This document shows, piece by piece, positions 32,764 to 42,584 of a stretch of 64,000 nt of DNA. The DNA comes from Mantamonas sphyraenae STR306 (taxonomy: Eukaryota > Protista > CRuMs): NCBI GenBank assembly GCA_026936335.1, contig JAPMXV010000022.1, forward strand, positions 62,001 to 126,000. The letters run 5' to 3'. The stretch's first letter is position 1, and every line of letters starts with the position of its first letter. The notes under the pieces were generated by a model. The model saw only the letters and a list, made by a program, of their open reading frames with translations. It ran no database searches and was not told the origin of the DNA. A program made the position numbers and the translations under genes.

Positions 32764-35700
32764 TCAGGCTTTGACCTTCTGAAGGTGCGGGGGACGATGA
32801 CCAAGGAGGATGTAGAACAAGCCCACAAGGCCCATGTTGAGAGCAGCGTTTGCATCACGGTCAACACAGCGTCGACGGTAGTCGATGGTTGGGTTGATAT
32901 TGCTTGCAAGTGACATGGCCGTGCCATTCACGGTGGTCTGGTGTGTTCGGAGAAACGAGTTCGAGGAGCAGGAACATCGCTTCTGCCGGCCCAATGGGGC
33001 ATGCGAGCCGAGATCTGGTGCATAGTCCATCTCTGCACCACAGTTGGCACACGTCTTGGAGGTGTAAAACTCGTTACAGCGCAGCACGATGTGCGAGCGG
33101 GCGATGTACTGGACAGTCTTCTTGAAACCGCCGCTCTCGCCACGCCACGATACGCTCCCGACAATGTAGATGACCATCCTTGGGTTCTGGTTGTCTCGAG
33201 GGCGGGATGCGTTCGCCATGAGCTGCTGAGTGTGTGCGTGTCGTCGTGTTCGATGCTTCTTGCCGACGCGGCCGTCCGGGTCTCTCCCTGCAGCTGTGTG
33301 CCTTGCTAGGCTGTGCGTGTGATCGTTGATCTTTCGCTCGTGGTGTGGCACAGTCGGTACTTTCCACCACCGCCCAAGGACAGCGTCTGCCCCTCCGCTC
33401 GACGACTCAATCTGTGCGCAGAGTGTGTTGGTTGCAAGTTTTCCCGGATCGATCAGGCAGAGTTGGATGCGTGTCTCCAGCAGTGCCTTGGTCTCCAGAG
33501 TTTCCTCGTCCGTGAGTGTGGGTCGTAGCCGCAGCGTGTGCAGATCAACGGCGACAGGGTCCCCTGCAGGCAAGGCAACTCCGGCTTCACCCATCCCCTG
33601 CAACACCTCCCGTCCGCCAAGGAGGGTGCCAACGCGCTCGTGGCCGAGCAGATGGCACAAGCGTAGCACTGTGATGAGTTGTGTCTGGTGTGTGGCCTCG
33701 TCTTTAAGCGCTTTCTGCAGCAACGGGATGGCGTACGAGGCACTGCGTCGCTCAGGCACCACGAGCTCCAACAGCGAGAAGAGTGGCTGATCCCGGCCCA
33801 TGTACTTGGACCAGAACGACCTGAGCATGGCCATTGATCCCTGGGTATGCCATCCTTGTGCTTTGGCGATTTCACCAGCAACCACCAACGTACCGGTCAT
33901 TGTAGCCAGCTTCCTCTGCGACAAGTTCGCTACACGTGGACACAGCAGAAACGACAACACCGGCGCGGCTGTTGCACGTGCTTCTTGTGCATCATGCGAC
34001 AGTGCGTCGCCCAGCAAGTTGTGCTTGGAGAACCGATCGATCTGCGTGACCACTTGCTGGGCAAGCCTGCTCGTGCCCTTCGATGTGAATGCCCACTTTG
34101 CGATGGCCTTGTTGGCATCAAGCACTCTGTCGCCGGCCTCTTGCACTTTCTGCGCGACGCCAGCGTACTCACTGCCCAGCAGTGCCGCCACCGGTTTGGA
34201 TCGCAGGATCTTCAACTGCGCGTGCGGGGCGATGTAGATATCTGGAGATAGCGAGCGCCCTTTCTTGGGAAGGCCAACGCTGTGTCCTTGTGCAGCAGCT
34301 TTTGAAAAAGCGCCCCAGGCTTGATGGCGGTTTGGGCGTCGTTTCCGGCCAAAGAAGGTGTCTGCATCGCTTAGGTGCGAGCGTTGCAGCTGCTCGCGCA
34401 ACAAGGCAACTGCATCATCAAATTCGCTGTCTTCTTTGCCGTCCCGATTGCCAAAATGGACGCCCAGCTTCAATAGTCTCTGTTCGACCGCAATCTCGCC
34501 TTCGCCGAGCAATGTCGCAATAGCTGACACAGCGAGATCCTGGGGAACTTTGTCGATTGTAGCCAGTGATTGGATGTCTTTGGCGAGTAGATAACGCGTC
34601 AGCATCCCTTCAAGCTCGCCCAAAACGCTCTTGGACGACTCATCCAGGATCTTGGTCACAACAGGCCACATCGCTGTGTCTCCACTTGACCACATGTGAT
34701 CGTTGCTGTGTGGATAGAGAGCCAGCAGAACGCTGTCGTTCTCATCCGGTTCGTCCACAGTATCAAACACGCCTGGTGTTGACCAGGACGTGTCCCATGT
34801 GCTCGTTGTGTCGACTCGCAGCACGAGGAAGCGATGGGTGGGTTCTGCTCCTCGCAACACCATGCAGATTTCTCTCATGAAAGACAGCATCAGCTTGTCG
34901 TTGTCGTAAAAGTACTGGTCAGGCAAGATCACTTCGTCAACGGACGTCGGGGATTGCACGCTGCTGGTTGCCTCGTCGCTGGTAGTGGTTGTGGTGGTGG
35001 TGGTTGTGGTGCTGTTGTTGCTGGTGCTGTTGTTGCTGTTGGTGCTGCTGCTGGTGCTGCTGCTGGTGCTGCTGCTGGTGCTGCTGCTGGTGCTGCTGCT
35101 GGTGCTGCTGCTGGTGCTGCTGCTGGTGCTGCTGCTGGTGCTGCTGCTGGTGCTGCTGCTGGTGCTGCTGCTGGTGCTGCTGCTGGTGCTGCTGGTGTTG
35201 CGAGCCGAACGTCGAGGCCCCTCCTGCGGGGCGTTGTACCCCAGCTCTCTCAAGCCACGCTGCACATACGCAATACCCGACGCAGCGTACACTGCGTGCT
35301 CCACCATGGCGGTCAGCTTTGCACCACGTGCAAGCACGCTCATCGCCCCGAAGTCATCGCCTTTGTGGCCAGAGAGCTCCACCGTCCGTCTGGAGTCAAA
35401 GGAGTGCATACCGAATGGGAAAATGTCCTCTTTGGGCCCTTGTGGTGTGGCTGACAGGCTCACGATTTCCTTGGCCACCTCCTCCTTCAGCTGCGCTGAT
35501 TTCGCCTTGCGGTAGTGACCGACCAAAGTGTCACCCAGTCGCTGTGTCAGATCACGGCCGAGTCGGTGAGCCTCGGCTTCCTGGTTCAACAGATCGTCTG
35601 CCTGCTCACGTGCGGTCTCCAAGCGTACGAGAGCCTCGCTCTCAGCGTGACTTCGTTGCCCCATGGACGAAACGTACGCCGTCGCGATGCGCGCAGCGCT

Positions 35701-38294
35701 GTGTGTCCAGAAGCGGGCGATTCCCACCAACACGTCCTTGTTGGTGTCCTCCCCGTGGACGTGCAGGCGCACGTCGTTGCGGCCTTGCTGGGTCACGCGA
35801 ACCATGGCGTACCCACACACCGTCTGGTAGAACTGCTCGTTCAGCGTCGCCTTCAGCCAGTCTAGTCCTTCCAATGGGAATGGCTCGTTGTACAGTAGCA
35901 CGTAGTCTGCCTTCTCGTATCCGGCTGAGAAGAACACCCGCTGTTCCCCCCCCTCTGCCTCATCTGCTTCCTCCCCGGGCTCGTGGGCCCCATCACTGCC
36001 CTCGTTCTCACCCACTGCTTCCACCCCGGGCTCGTGGGCCCCATCACTGCCCTCGTTCTCACCCACTGCTTCCTCCCCGGGCTCGTGGGCCCCATCACTG
36101 CCCTCGTTCTCACCCACTGCTTCCTCCCCGGGCTCGTGGGCCCCATCACTGCCCTCGTTCTCACCCACTGCTTCCTCCCCGGGCTCGTGGGCCCCATCAC
36201 TGCCCTCGTTCTCATCCACTGCTTCATCCCCGGGCTCGTGGGCCGCCTCACTGCCCTCGTTCTCACCCACTGCTTCATCCCCGGGCTCGTGGGCCGCCTC
36301 ACTGCCAGCGTCCTCCTCGCCTGCCACCTCGCTTTCCGCCCCGTCGTCCTGTAGCTCCACGGGCTGATCCACAGAACTTGGGTTCAAAAGAACACGTGCA
36401 AGCGGATTGCTGGGTGCGACTGTCCATGTGCGTACAGAAACGCGCTTCAGACGCGGCGCTTTTCCCTTCCGCAGGCCTGGTTGTAGCATCATGATGCTCT
36501 CCACCGGCATTTTCGCACCTGCACCATCGGCAAACTGCAAATTGGGGCCATCTTCAATGAAGGCCTTCGCATTTCCCTTCAGCGAGACCATCATGCGGGA
36601 CACGGAGGTTGCGGTGTTGAGCACTTGGATCAGCTGCTGCAATTCGGAAAGCGTGTACGCAGACCCAAAGTATGTCCTCGCTGCAATCATTTTGACCAGG
36701 GTGGCGCTCCGGTAGCCCAGTTTTGACACAGACTTCCACAGTTTGTCGTACTGAGTCTGATTCCATGCCTTCCTGTCGTCCACGTACTGATCGTCCAGAC
36801 CCAACTGGCCCTTGGCCGCCGCAAAGCATGACTGCCAGAGTACCATGTCGCCCGTTTCCTTTGCTAGTTCCACATGCTTGTCCAGCCAGGCGAAGGTGTG
36901 CGGCTTTTTCTGCTGCTTCAGCTTCATGAGCTCCTCCCAAAACGTTTCGGCATCGTTCAACAACCCAGCCTCCTGCGCCATACGAGCAATGGGGAGCGGA
37001 GCTCGCAGCCAGGTTGTGCAGATGTCGCCTCGGCCAGCTGCCAGTGCCACCTCGGCACCTTCTCGGCGACTTGCAGGCACAAGCGCGTGCCAGGTGTATG
37101 TCGTTGGGTGCACGATGTACAGAGTCTTGGGTGTGCGTGGGGCACAGAAGAAGAAATCTGAATCCACAGCGATGACCACAAAAATCTTGGTGCTCTCCTG
37201 GAACGCCGCGACGATGGTGTCGTCTGCGGGGAATCCGGGAAGGGACACAACACTGATAGTGTTTTCACTCTTGAAGCGGTCGTTCAGTGCTTCAGTAAGC
37301 TTCACATACGCCTCCTCCTTCGACAGTGGCTTCTGCGAGTGTGTGTGTGTGTGTGTGTGTCAAGTCAGCCATGCGCAATCCTCTAATCCCACCAACTCGC
37401 CTTCACTTACATCCAACTCTTTGGCCGTGTGACGGGCCATTTGTCGCACAGTGTACATCATGTGCGATGGCCTTTTGGGGTCCTTGACATCGAACAACGA
37501 CCGGTGGCGATCTACGTGCACAGTGAGAGTCGCCGTAACACCGGAGGACAAAACGCCCGTTTGCAAGGTGTTGACGGCATCTCCAACTGCTGTGCATGCA
37601 TTCTCAAGTGACCCACTGCTTGGTGGCTTGCCTGCGTAGCCATGGAGCCCAGTGGGATAGTCTGTGATGCGTGCGTGTCCTTTGTGTGAGCGCCCGCCCC
37701 ATCTCCTCTCCGTCGCGCGCAGCTCGGCAAATATGCCCTCTTCATCGTTGAAACTGCAGGGTTGGGTGCTCGTGCAGTTGCAACGTGTCCAAGTACACTT
37801 ATAGACGTTGAAGCCCACATTTACATGCAGACGTCAAACGGCTATTTTAAATTCGCGCGCGCGCTGGGCGTTGCCAGACCCAGTACGCACCCATAATCAA
37901 TAGTCCACTCACATTGAGGCCCGAGATCCAATGCCACGTGCATGCCGCTATTCGTGCTGCTGCTTTCCATGGCGGTGTTGGCATCTGCGTGCATCTTGAT
38001 TTGCTGCAGAGCATCAGCGACGCTAGATGCCGCTGAGGAGTGCGACTGGGCAATCACTTGGTCCCTGATGCCGGTTTTCTGTTGGCTGTACCTCTTGCGG
38101 GGATACACCTGTCCCCAGAGGCCCAGCTCAGCCTGCTCATGATTGACAACGGCAACATCGAGTGCGGCAAACTTGTGGCCGAGACGGGTCACCGGCTCGT
38201 CCTGAATCGTGACACTTGCCACATGTGGTAGTGACAACACACTGCGTTGTGCCGACTTGGCGACCTTCTCTTCACTCCTCGTGAGTGAAACCAT
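32764..38294 (-). CDS. Giant (~1770 aa) Fanzor/TnpB-like RNA-guided nuclease with an N-terminal FEN1/XPG-like 5' nuclease (PIN) domain; predicted exons 38294-37891, 37753-37411, 37332-32764
   Basis: C-terminus has RuvC-I LIDPG (D at ~33450), IYIVG, Fanzor-type RuvC-II NEFYTSKTCANC (E at ~33072), a second Cys pair, and RuvC-III VDRDANAALNM. N-terminus has VALDLG, VHVDR, PGFPADD, VIAVDSDFF and ALAAGRGD. Intron 37410-37333 (GTAAGT...GCTGAC...(CA)n...CAG) joins in frame. Intron 37890-37754 (GTGCGT...TGCAG) also joins in frame but is less certain. Confidence 0.85.
35021..35198 (-). repeat. 12-bp coding tandem repeat (CTGGTGCTGCTG on +) encoding (STSS)n inside the Fanzor-like ORF
   Basis: Directly visible; translates as TSSSTSSSTSSS... 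Confidence 0.95.
35964..36306 (-). repeat. 51-bp coding minisatellite, ~7 copies, encoding the acidic 17-aa unit GSDGAHEPGEEAVGENE
   Basis: CCCCGGGCTCGTGGG recurs every 51 bp (35973, 36024, 36075, 36126, 36177, 36228, 36279). Confidence 0.95.
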
Positions 38295-38319
38295 AACGAA
38301 GATCGATCTAGTTGCTTCC

Positions 38320-38770
38320 GACCGGGCTTCTTGTAGCCCAGTCAGCGAGAGACACCCGGGTAGACACGAGAGTCAACACACTCGTCAGTCACGGTGTGGG
38401 GTGTTCGCGCGATCACATCAATCCGTATCACTGGGAGAAACCATTCCTGGCAAAGTCTGCACAGCGCATCCGCACATTCTCCTTCTATCGAATTCTGCGC
38501 ACTCCGAGAGTGTGACTGGACAAGCGGCTTGTACACATTGTACACGTTGTGGACGACATTTGTCTGGATTGGGCTGCCACTGTGCGATGCAATGGATAAC
38601 GGTGTTTGGGAGAGCGCGAAGGGTGGCAGCGCAGGCAGCTATTGACGGGGGTGACGCGAGCAGTGGGAGCAGATGCAGGATTGATTCGTTTATCGCAAGA
38701 TATCATGGCCATCTTGGATCTCACTGGCAAATAGCTGCGCAGTCGACCGCCAAAGGAGTTCGTCGGACGC
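38320..38770. ncRNA. Candidate structured RNA upstream of the Fanzor-like gene
   Basis: Complementary segments: 38573-38580/38623-38630; 38635-38643/38730-38738 enclosing 38661-38668/38719-38726 and 38696-38701/38711-38716; small hairpins at 38324-38339 and 38366-38385. Confidence 0.3.
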
Positions 38771-38806
38771 ACGCTCAATTGAAAACCCCTGAACCTCCAA
38801 GCAAAA

Positions 38807-40054
38807 TCACACCTCGTCATGGTTACCGCTAAAGCTGTCTGTGTCCCTGTCCGTGAATGTGCTGTTGCTGTTGCAGTTGCTGCTGCTGCTGCTGCTGCTG
38901 CTGCTTCCTGCGCTGCACTCCACTTCCTCCAGCGCCTCGGCGTGAACTTGAACTTGGCCCTCCTTTTTGCCACCCTGCAACGCTTCCTGCACCCACGCAG
39001 TCTCCCGTAGGTCGTCGATGGTCGCTCGTTCATCCGGTTCGATGCGCAGACACATCTGCAGCACCTGCCTGCACTCTGCAGACAATTGTTGGTTCAGCTC
39101 CTTGTCAAAGACGTAGCTGCCTGTGCGCATCAATTCGAGAAACTCGGGGGTGCGACGCAACGTGGTGCGCACCTGAAATGGAAAGAAACCAGCAAGGGAA
39201 GCAAAGAGCAGCACTCCCAGAGCCCAGATGTCGGCTGCCCTAGAGTAGAATCGGTCGCCGCGCCACACCTCGGGCGCAGCATAGGGCTTGGAGCCGACAA
39301 ACACGGCTGTGCTCGAGTGCAACACATGTTCCTCCTCCACAGCCAGGCCAAAGTCGCAGATGATGGCACGCAGCTTGTCATGGCGGTCGTCCAAAAGGAC
39401 ATTCTCCAGCTTCAGATCGCGATGCACAAGACCCTGGCCGTGGATATACTCCAGGCCACAGAGAAGTTGGACAAACACGCTCTGCATGGTGGCTTCGTCC
39501 ATGCTGCCCTTGCTCATGGCCATTTCCAGCAGATCCCCCTGGTTGGCCAATTCGCTCACCACAAACGCGGTCTCATGTTCCTCTTCCACCACAATGCGAT
39601 GCACATGCAGCACGTTCTCGTGCCTCATCTTGCTCAGCAATTTCAGCTCCGCCTGCGCATGAGCGATGTTGTCCGCCCCGCGGATGATCTTCACCGCCAC
39701 CGAGTTTGTGATTTTCCCATCTTCCTTTTCCACGTGCCCCGCAGACACCTCCTTGGCCCCTGTGCCACAAGCGTCTGCACATCCCTTGTTCGATACACTT
39801 TGCACAAATGTGTTTTCGTCTCCGACGCTGTTGCTGTCGCTGCTCAGCTCACTGGCTCCTTGCCCACCCTTGGTGTTGCCGTTGCTGCTCGAGACCCATT
39901 TCCCGAGAACAACCTGTGCGAACGAGCCCTGTCCCAGCACGCGCTGTGCAAAAATGGTCCGTCCCGCACCAATATCCACATGAGTAGGCATGGGAAAGCG
40001 CAAGAACTGCTCGCTGGTTGCCTCCAGCAGCTCAACTTCCGCGTTGATTTTCAT
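38807..40054 (-). CDS. Ser/Thr protein kinase, CAMK-like group (intronless)
   Basis: LGQGSFAQV, VAVKII, HENV, HRDLKLENVLL, CDFGLA, GSKPYAAPE, ADIWALGV. Confidence 0.9.
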   Translation of the reverse strand: MKINAEVELLEATSEQFLRFPMPTHVDIGAGRTIFAQRVLGQGSFAQVVLGKWVSSSNGNTKGGQGASELSSDSNSVGDENTFVQSVSNKGCADACGTGAKEVSAGHVEKEDGKITNSVAVKIIRGADNIAHAQAELKLLSKMRHENVLHVHRIVVEEEHETAFVVSELANQGDLLEMAMSKGSMDEATMQSVFVQLLCGLEYIHGQGLVHRDLKLENVLLDDRHDKLRAIICDFGLAVEEEHVLHSSTAVFVGSKPYAAPEVWRGDRFYSRAADIWALGVLLFASLAGFFPFQVRTTLRRTPEFLELMRTGSYVFDKELNQQLSAECRQVLQMCLRIEPDERATIDDLRETAWVQEALQGGKKEGQVQVHAEALEEVECSAGSSSSSSSSSNCNSNSTFTDRDTDSFSGNHDEV

Positions 40055-40220
40055 GATCTTATTTGTCAAACGTCCCTTGCTCCCCGCGTTGATTGTGTGT
40101 CTCCTCTCTGGTGATAGACAAGTGCGCCTTGGTGATTGGTTGAAGATGATGTGTTTCTATCTGCTGATGCTGGTGCAGCGATGACGGTGTGGAGACCCTG
40201 CGCGCGCGTGTACGGGGGAG

Positions 40221-40257
40221 GTTGAATTCGAAGGCCGTTGAATTTTTGGCGCCAGAA
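40221..40257. promoter_or_regulatory. Cluster of cell-cycle-like motifs (E2F-like TTTGGCGC, MYB/MSA-like CAACGG on the - strand, CHR-like TTCGAA) in the divergent kinase/PRC1 promoter
   Basis: TTTGGCGC at 40245-40252, CCGTTG at 40235-40240 and TTCGAA at 40227-40232, upstream of a mitotic gene. These are short motifs and function is not shown. Confidence 0.25.
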
Positions 40258-40524
40258 GCGCACTTTGTGTTTCCATCTCCATGCCAACTCGCGACGCTTT
40301 CACACTGCACAAACCCGGCTGCAAAGACACAAAATACACACACAAACACAATTGCACACGCATGACGAACCGCGGCAGCTCTGCATGCGCTGGGACGACC
40401 AAGACACATTCGATTTTGCACACATCGACACACACACACACACAAGCACACACCTAGACACCCAATCAACACCGCACCCAACCAAAACACCATACAACCC
40501 GTGGATACTAAAACACACGCAAAA

Positions 40525-42482
40525 ATGGAAACCATTCAACATCAGTACGAAACCACGCTGACGATTCTGCAGGACTTGTGGGGTCAGATCGGCCTGAACG
40601 AGGACGAGCAACAGCAAGAGACGCACACACTGCACGCAAACGTGATGGAAGCGTTCCAGAAGCACATCGCAAGCACGCGGGAGCAAGTGGACGAGCTCAA
40701 CGCGGCTGTGCTGGACAACGACCAGCAGCTGCAAACCATTGCCAGCCGACTTGGCCAGAAGATCACGCCAGAGTCCCAGAATTTCGCCACGCTTCTGCAG
40801 CAGTGTGAAGCATCACAACAACAGCTGCAAGAGTGGGAAGGCGTAAGTGGAATCACAGCCCATGGCCGCCGCAGGCAAACGCTGCACAGAAAGCGCGGGC
40901 CGGCCGTTGCCTTTTCCAGATTTTAAACACCGATTGCACACACGCGCTGACACCGCCCCTCTACGTGACACAGAAACGCGACGAACGGATGGAGGAGCTT
41001 CAATTTGCCCTGGACGAGCTGTCGGCCGTGTGGGATGAGCTGGAGTGGCCTGCCGACAAGCGTGAGGGCCTCACGGAGCTGGGCGACGATCTGAGCGACA
41101 ACTTCCACACCCTGGTCCAGAAGGAAGTCAGCAAGGCGTACGAGGAACGTTCGACACGCCAACGCACAGTCAAGGCTCTGTACCTGCAGATCACGGCACT
41201 GTGGGCAGAATTGCAGCAGGAGCCAGAGAGCGCGTTTGAAAAGACCATTGCGCACGAACGCACCGAGATTGGCGTGACTGCAACCACGATGGCATCGTTG
41301 CAGGACACGCTGAGTGCCCTGTCCAAGGTGAAGCAAGAGCGTGAAGAGCAGGTGCGTGACTACGCCGTGGCCATCACCAAGCTGTGGGATCTGTTGCAGG
41401 TGGACGAAGACCACCGCGAACACTTTTTCTCGCACCACACGGGCCTGGGCAAGGCCGTGCTCGACGCCTGTCAGAAGGAACTGGACAGCATGACTGAACT
41501 CAAGGACCTCAAGATGCGCGAGCTGGTAGAACAGGCACGCGGCCAGCTGGTGGAGCTGTGGGACGCCATGCACCTGAGCCAGCCCGAACGCGACGCCTTT
41601 GCAGCCTTTTCCGTGACCGATGGCTACGACGAGGCGCTGCTGCAGACGCACCAGGCAGAGATTGAGGCCACACGGGAGAAGCTGATGGCCATGCAACCGC
41701 TGCTGAAGCTGATTCATCGCCGCGAGGACATCCGCTCGCAGGCCAAGGAGATGAAGCGAAAGGCGGCCGACCCGCAACGGCTGCTCAGCAAGAAGAGCGA
41801 CGCAGGACGGCTGCTGCGTGAAGAGAAGATCCGCGCCATGATTCGCAAGGACCTTCCGCGCATCGAGGCCAAGCTGGAGAAGGAGTGTGCCGCGTGGGCA
41901 GAGGAGTACGGAAGCCCCTTTGTGTACGCAGGCGTGCCCTTTATCGACTTTATGCAGGCTCAGAAGAAGGCCGAGGAGGAGGAGGCCGAGGCTGAGAAGC
42001 GTCGCAAGGAGGAGGAGAAAAAGGCTCGCCTGGCCGACGAGATGATGATGGGCACCACGGCGTCGTCGTCGTCGTCAGCAAGGACTCCGGGCAAGGCTCT
42101 CAAGACACCCGGCAGGCGCACGGTGGGACGCACGCCGCGAAGCAGCGTCAAGAAACCGCGAGCGGGCGCCGTGAGCTCCATCCGTTCGGCGCCGTCTGAC
42201 ACGCTGCGGTCGCCTCTGGTGGAGCGCAGTGGAGCAGGCGGAGCACGATCGCTCAACTCGGCCCACAAGCGAGCTCGCACGCCGCTGTCCAAGGCCACGT
42301 TTGTGTCCATGCAGCAGGACGAGGAGAACCAGGTGGAGAACACGCCGGGCAACAACGCAGGCCGCTCCACCCGCAGCAGCACCAAGGCTGCCCTCAAGAA
42401 GAGCAAGCTGTCCTTTGATGAGCAGCAGGTCACTGAGGACGTGTCATTTGTGGAGGAGGATCTGGAGCTGAGTTTCGCATGA
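40525..42482 (+). CDS. PRC1: PRC1/MAP65/Ase1 microtubule cross-linker
   Basis: LQDLWGQIG; ITKLWDLL; ADPQRLL...RLLREEK...LPRIE...W...FVYAG; basic TP-rich tail. Intron at about 40843-40973. Confidence 0.9.
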
Positions 42483-42584
42483 TCTGGATCGACTGAACAG
42501 AACCCGCGTGTCATCGACACAATGAAAGCGTTTGCATTCCCCTCGCCATGATGGCACACACTGTTTCGGGTGTTGGGTGACCCG

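Larger units (their letters stand above)
32580..38790 (-). mobile_element. Possible Fanzor-carrying (non-autonomous or domesticated) element; ends not defined
   Basis: Fanzor-like gene with unusually long flanking non-coding gaps (~295 bp downstream, ~510 bp upstream) compared with typically <160 bp elsewhere. No transposase or clear TIRs seen. Confidence 0.35.

Noticed and set aside
35964-36306. Regularly spaced repeats inside a Cas12/TnpB-like nuclease gene as a possible CRISPR array
   Set aside because: The units are contiguous 51-bp copies with no unique spacers and are in-frame coding sequence.
38209-38832. 207-aa + strand ORF upstream of the Fanzor-like gene as a partner protein or transposase
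   Set aside because: It has a non-ATG start, overlaps both neighbouring genes, and shows no HUH, DDE or serine-recombinase motifs.
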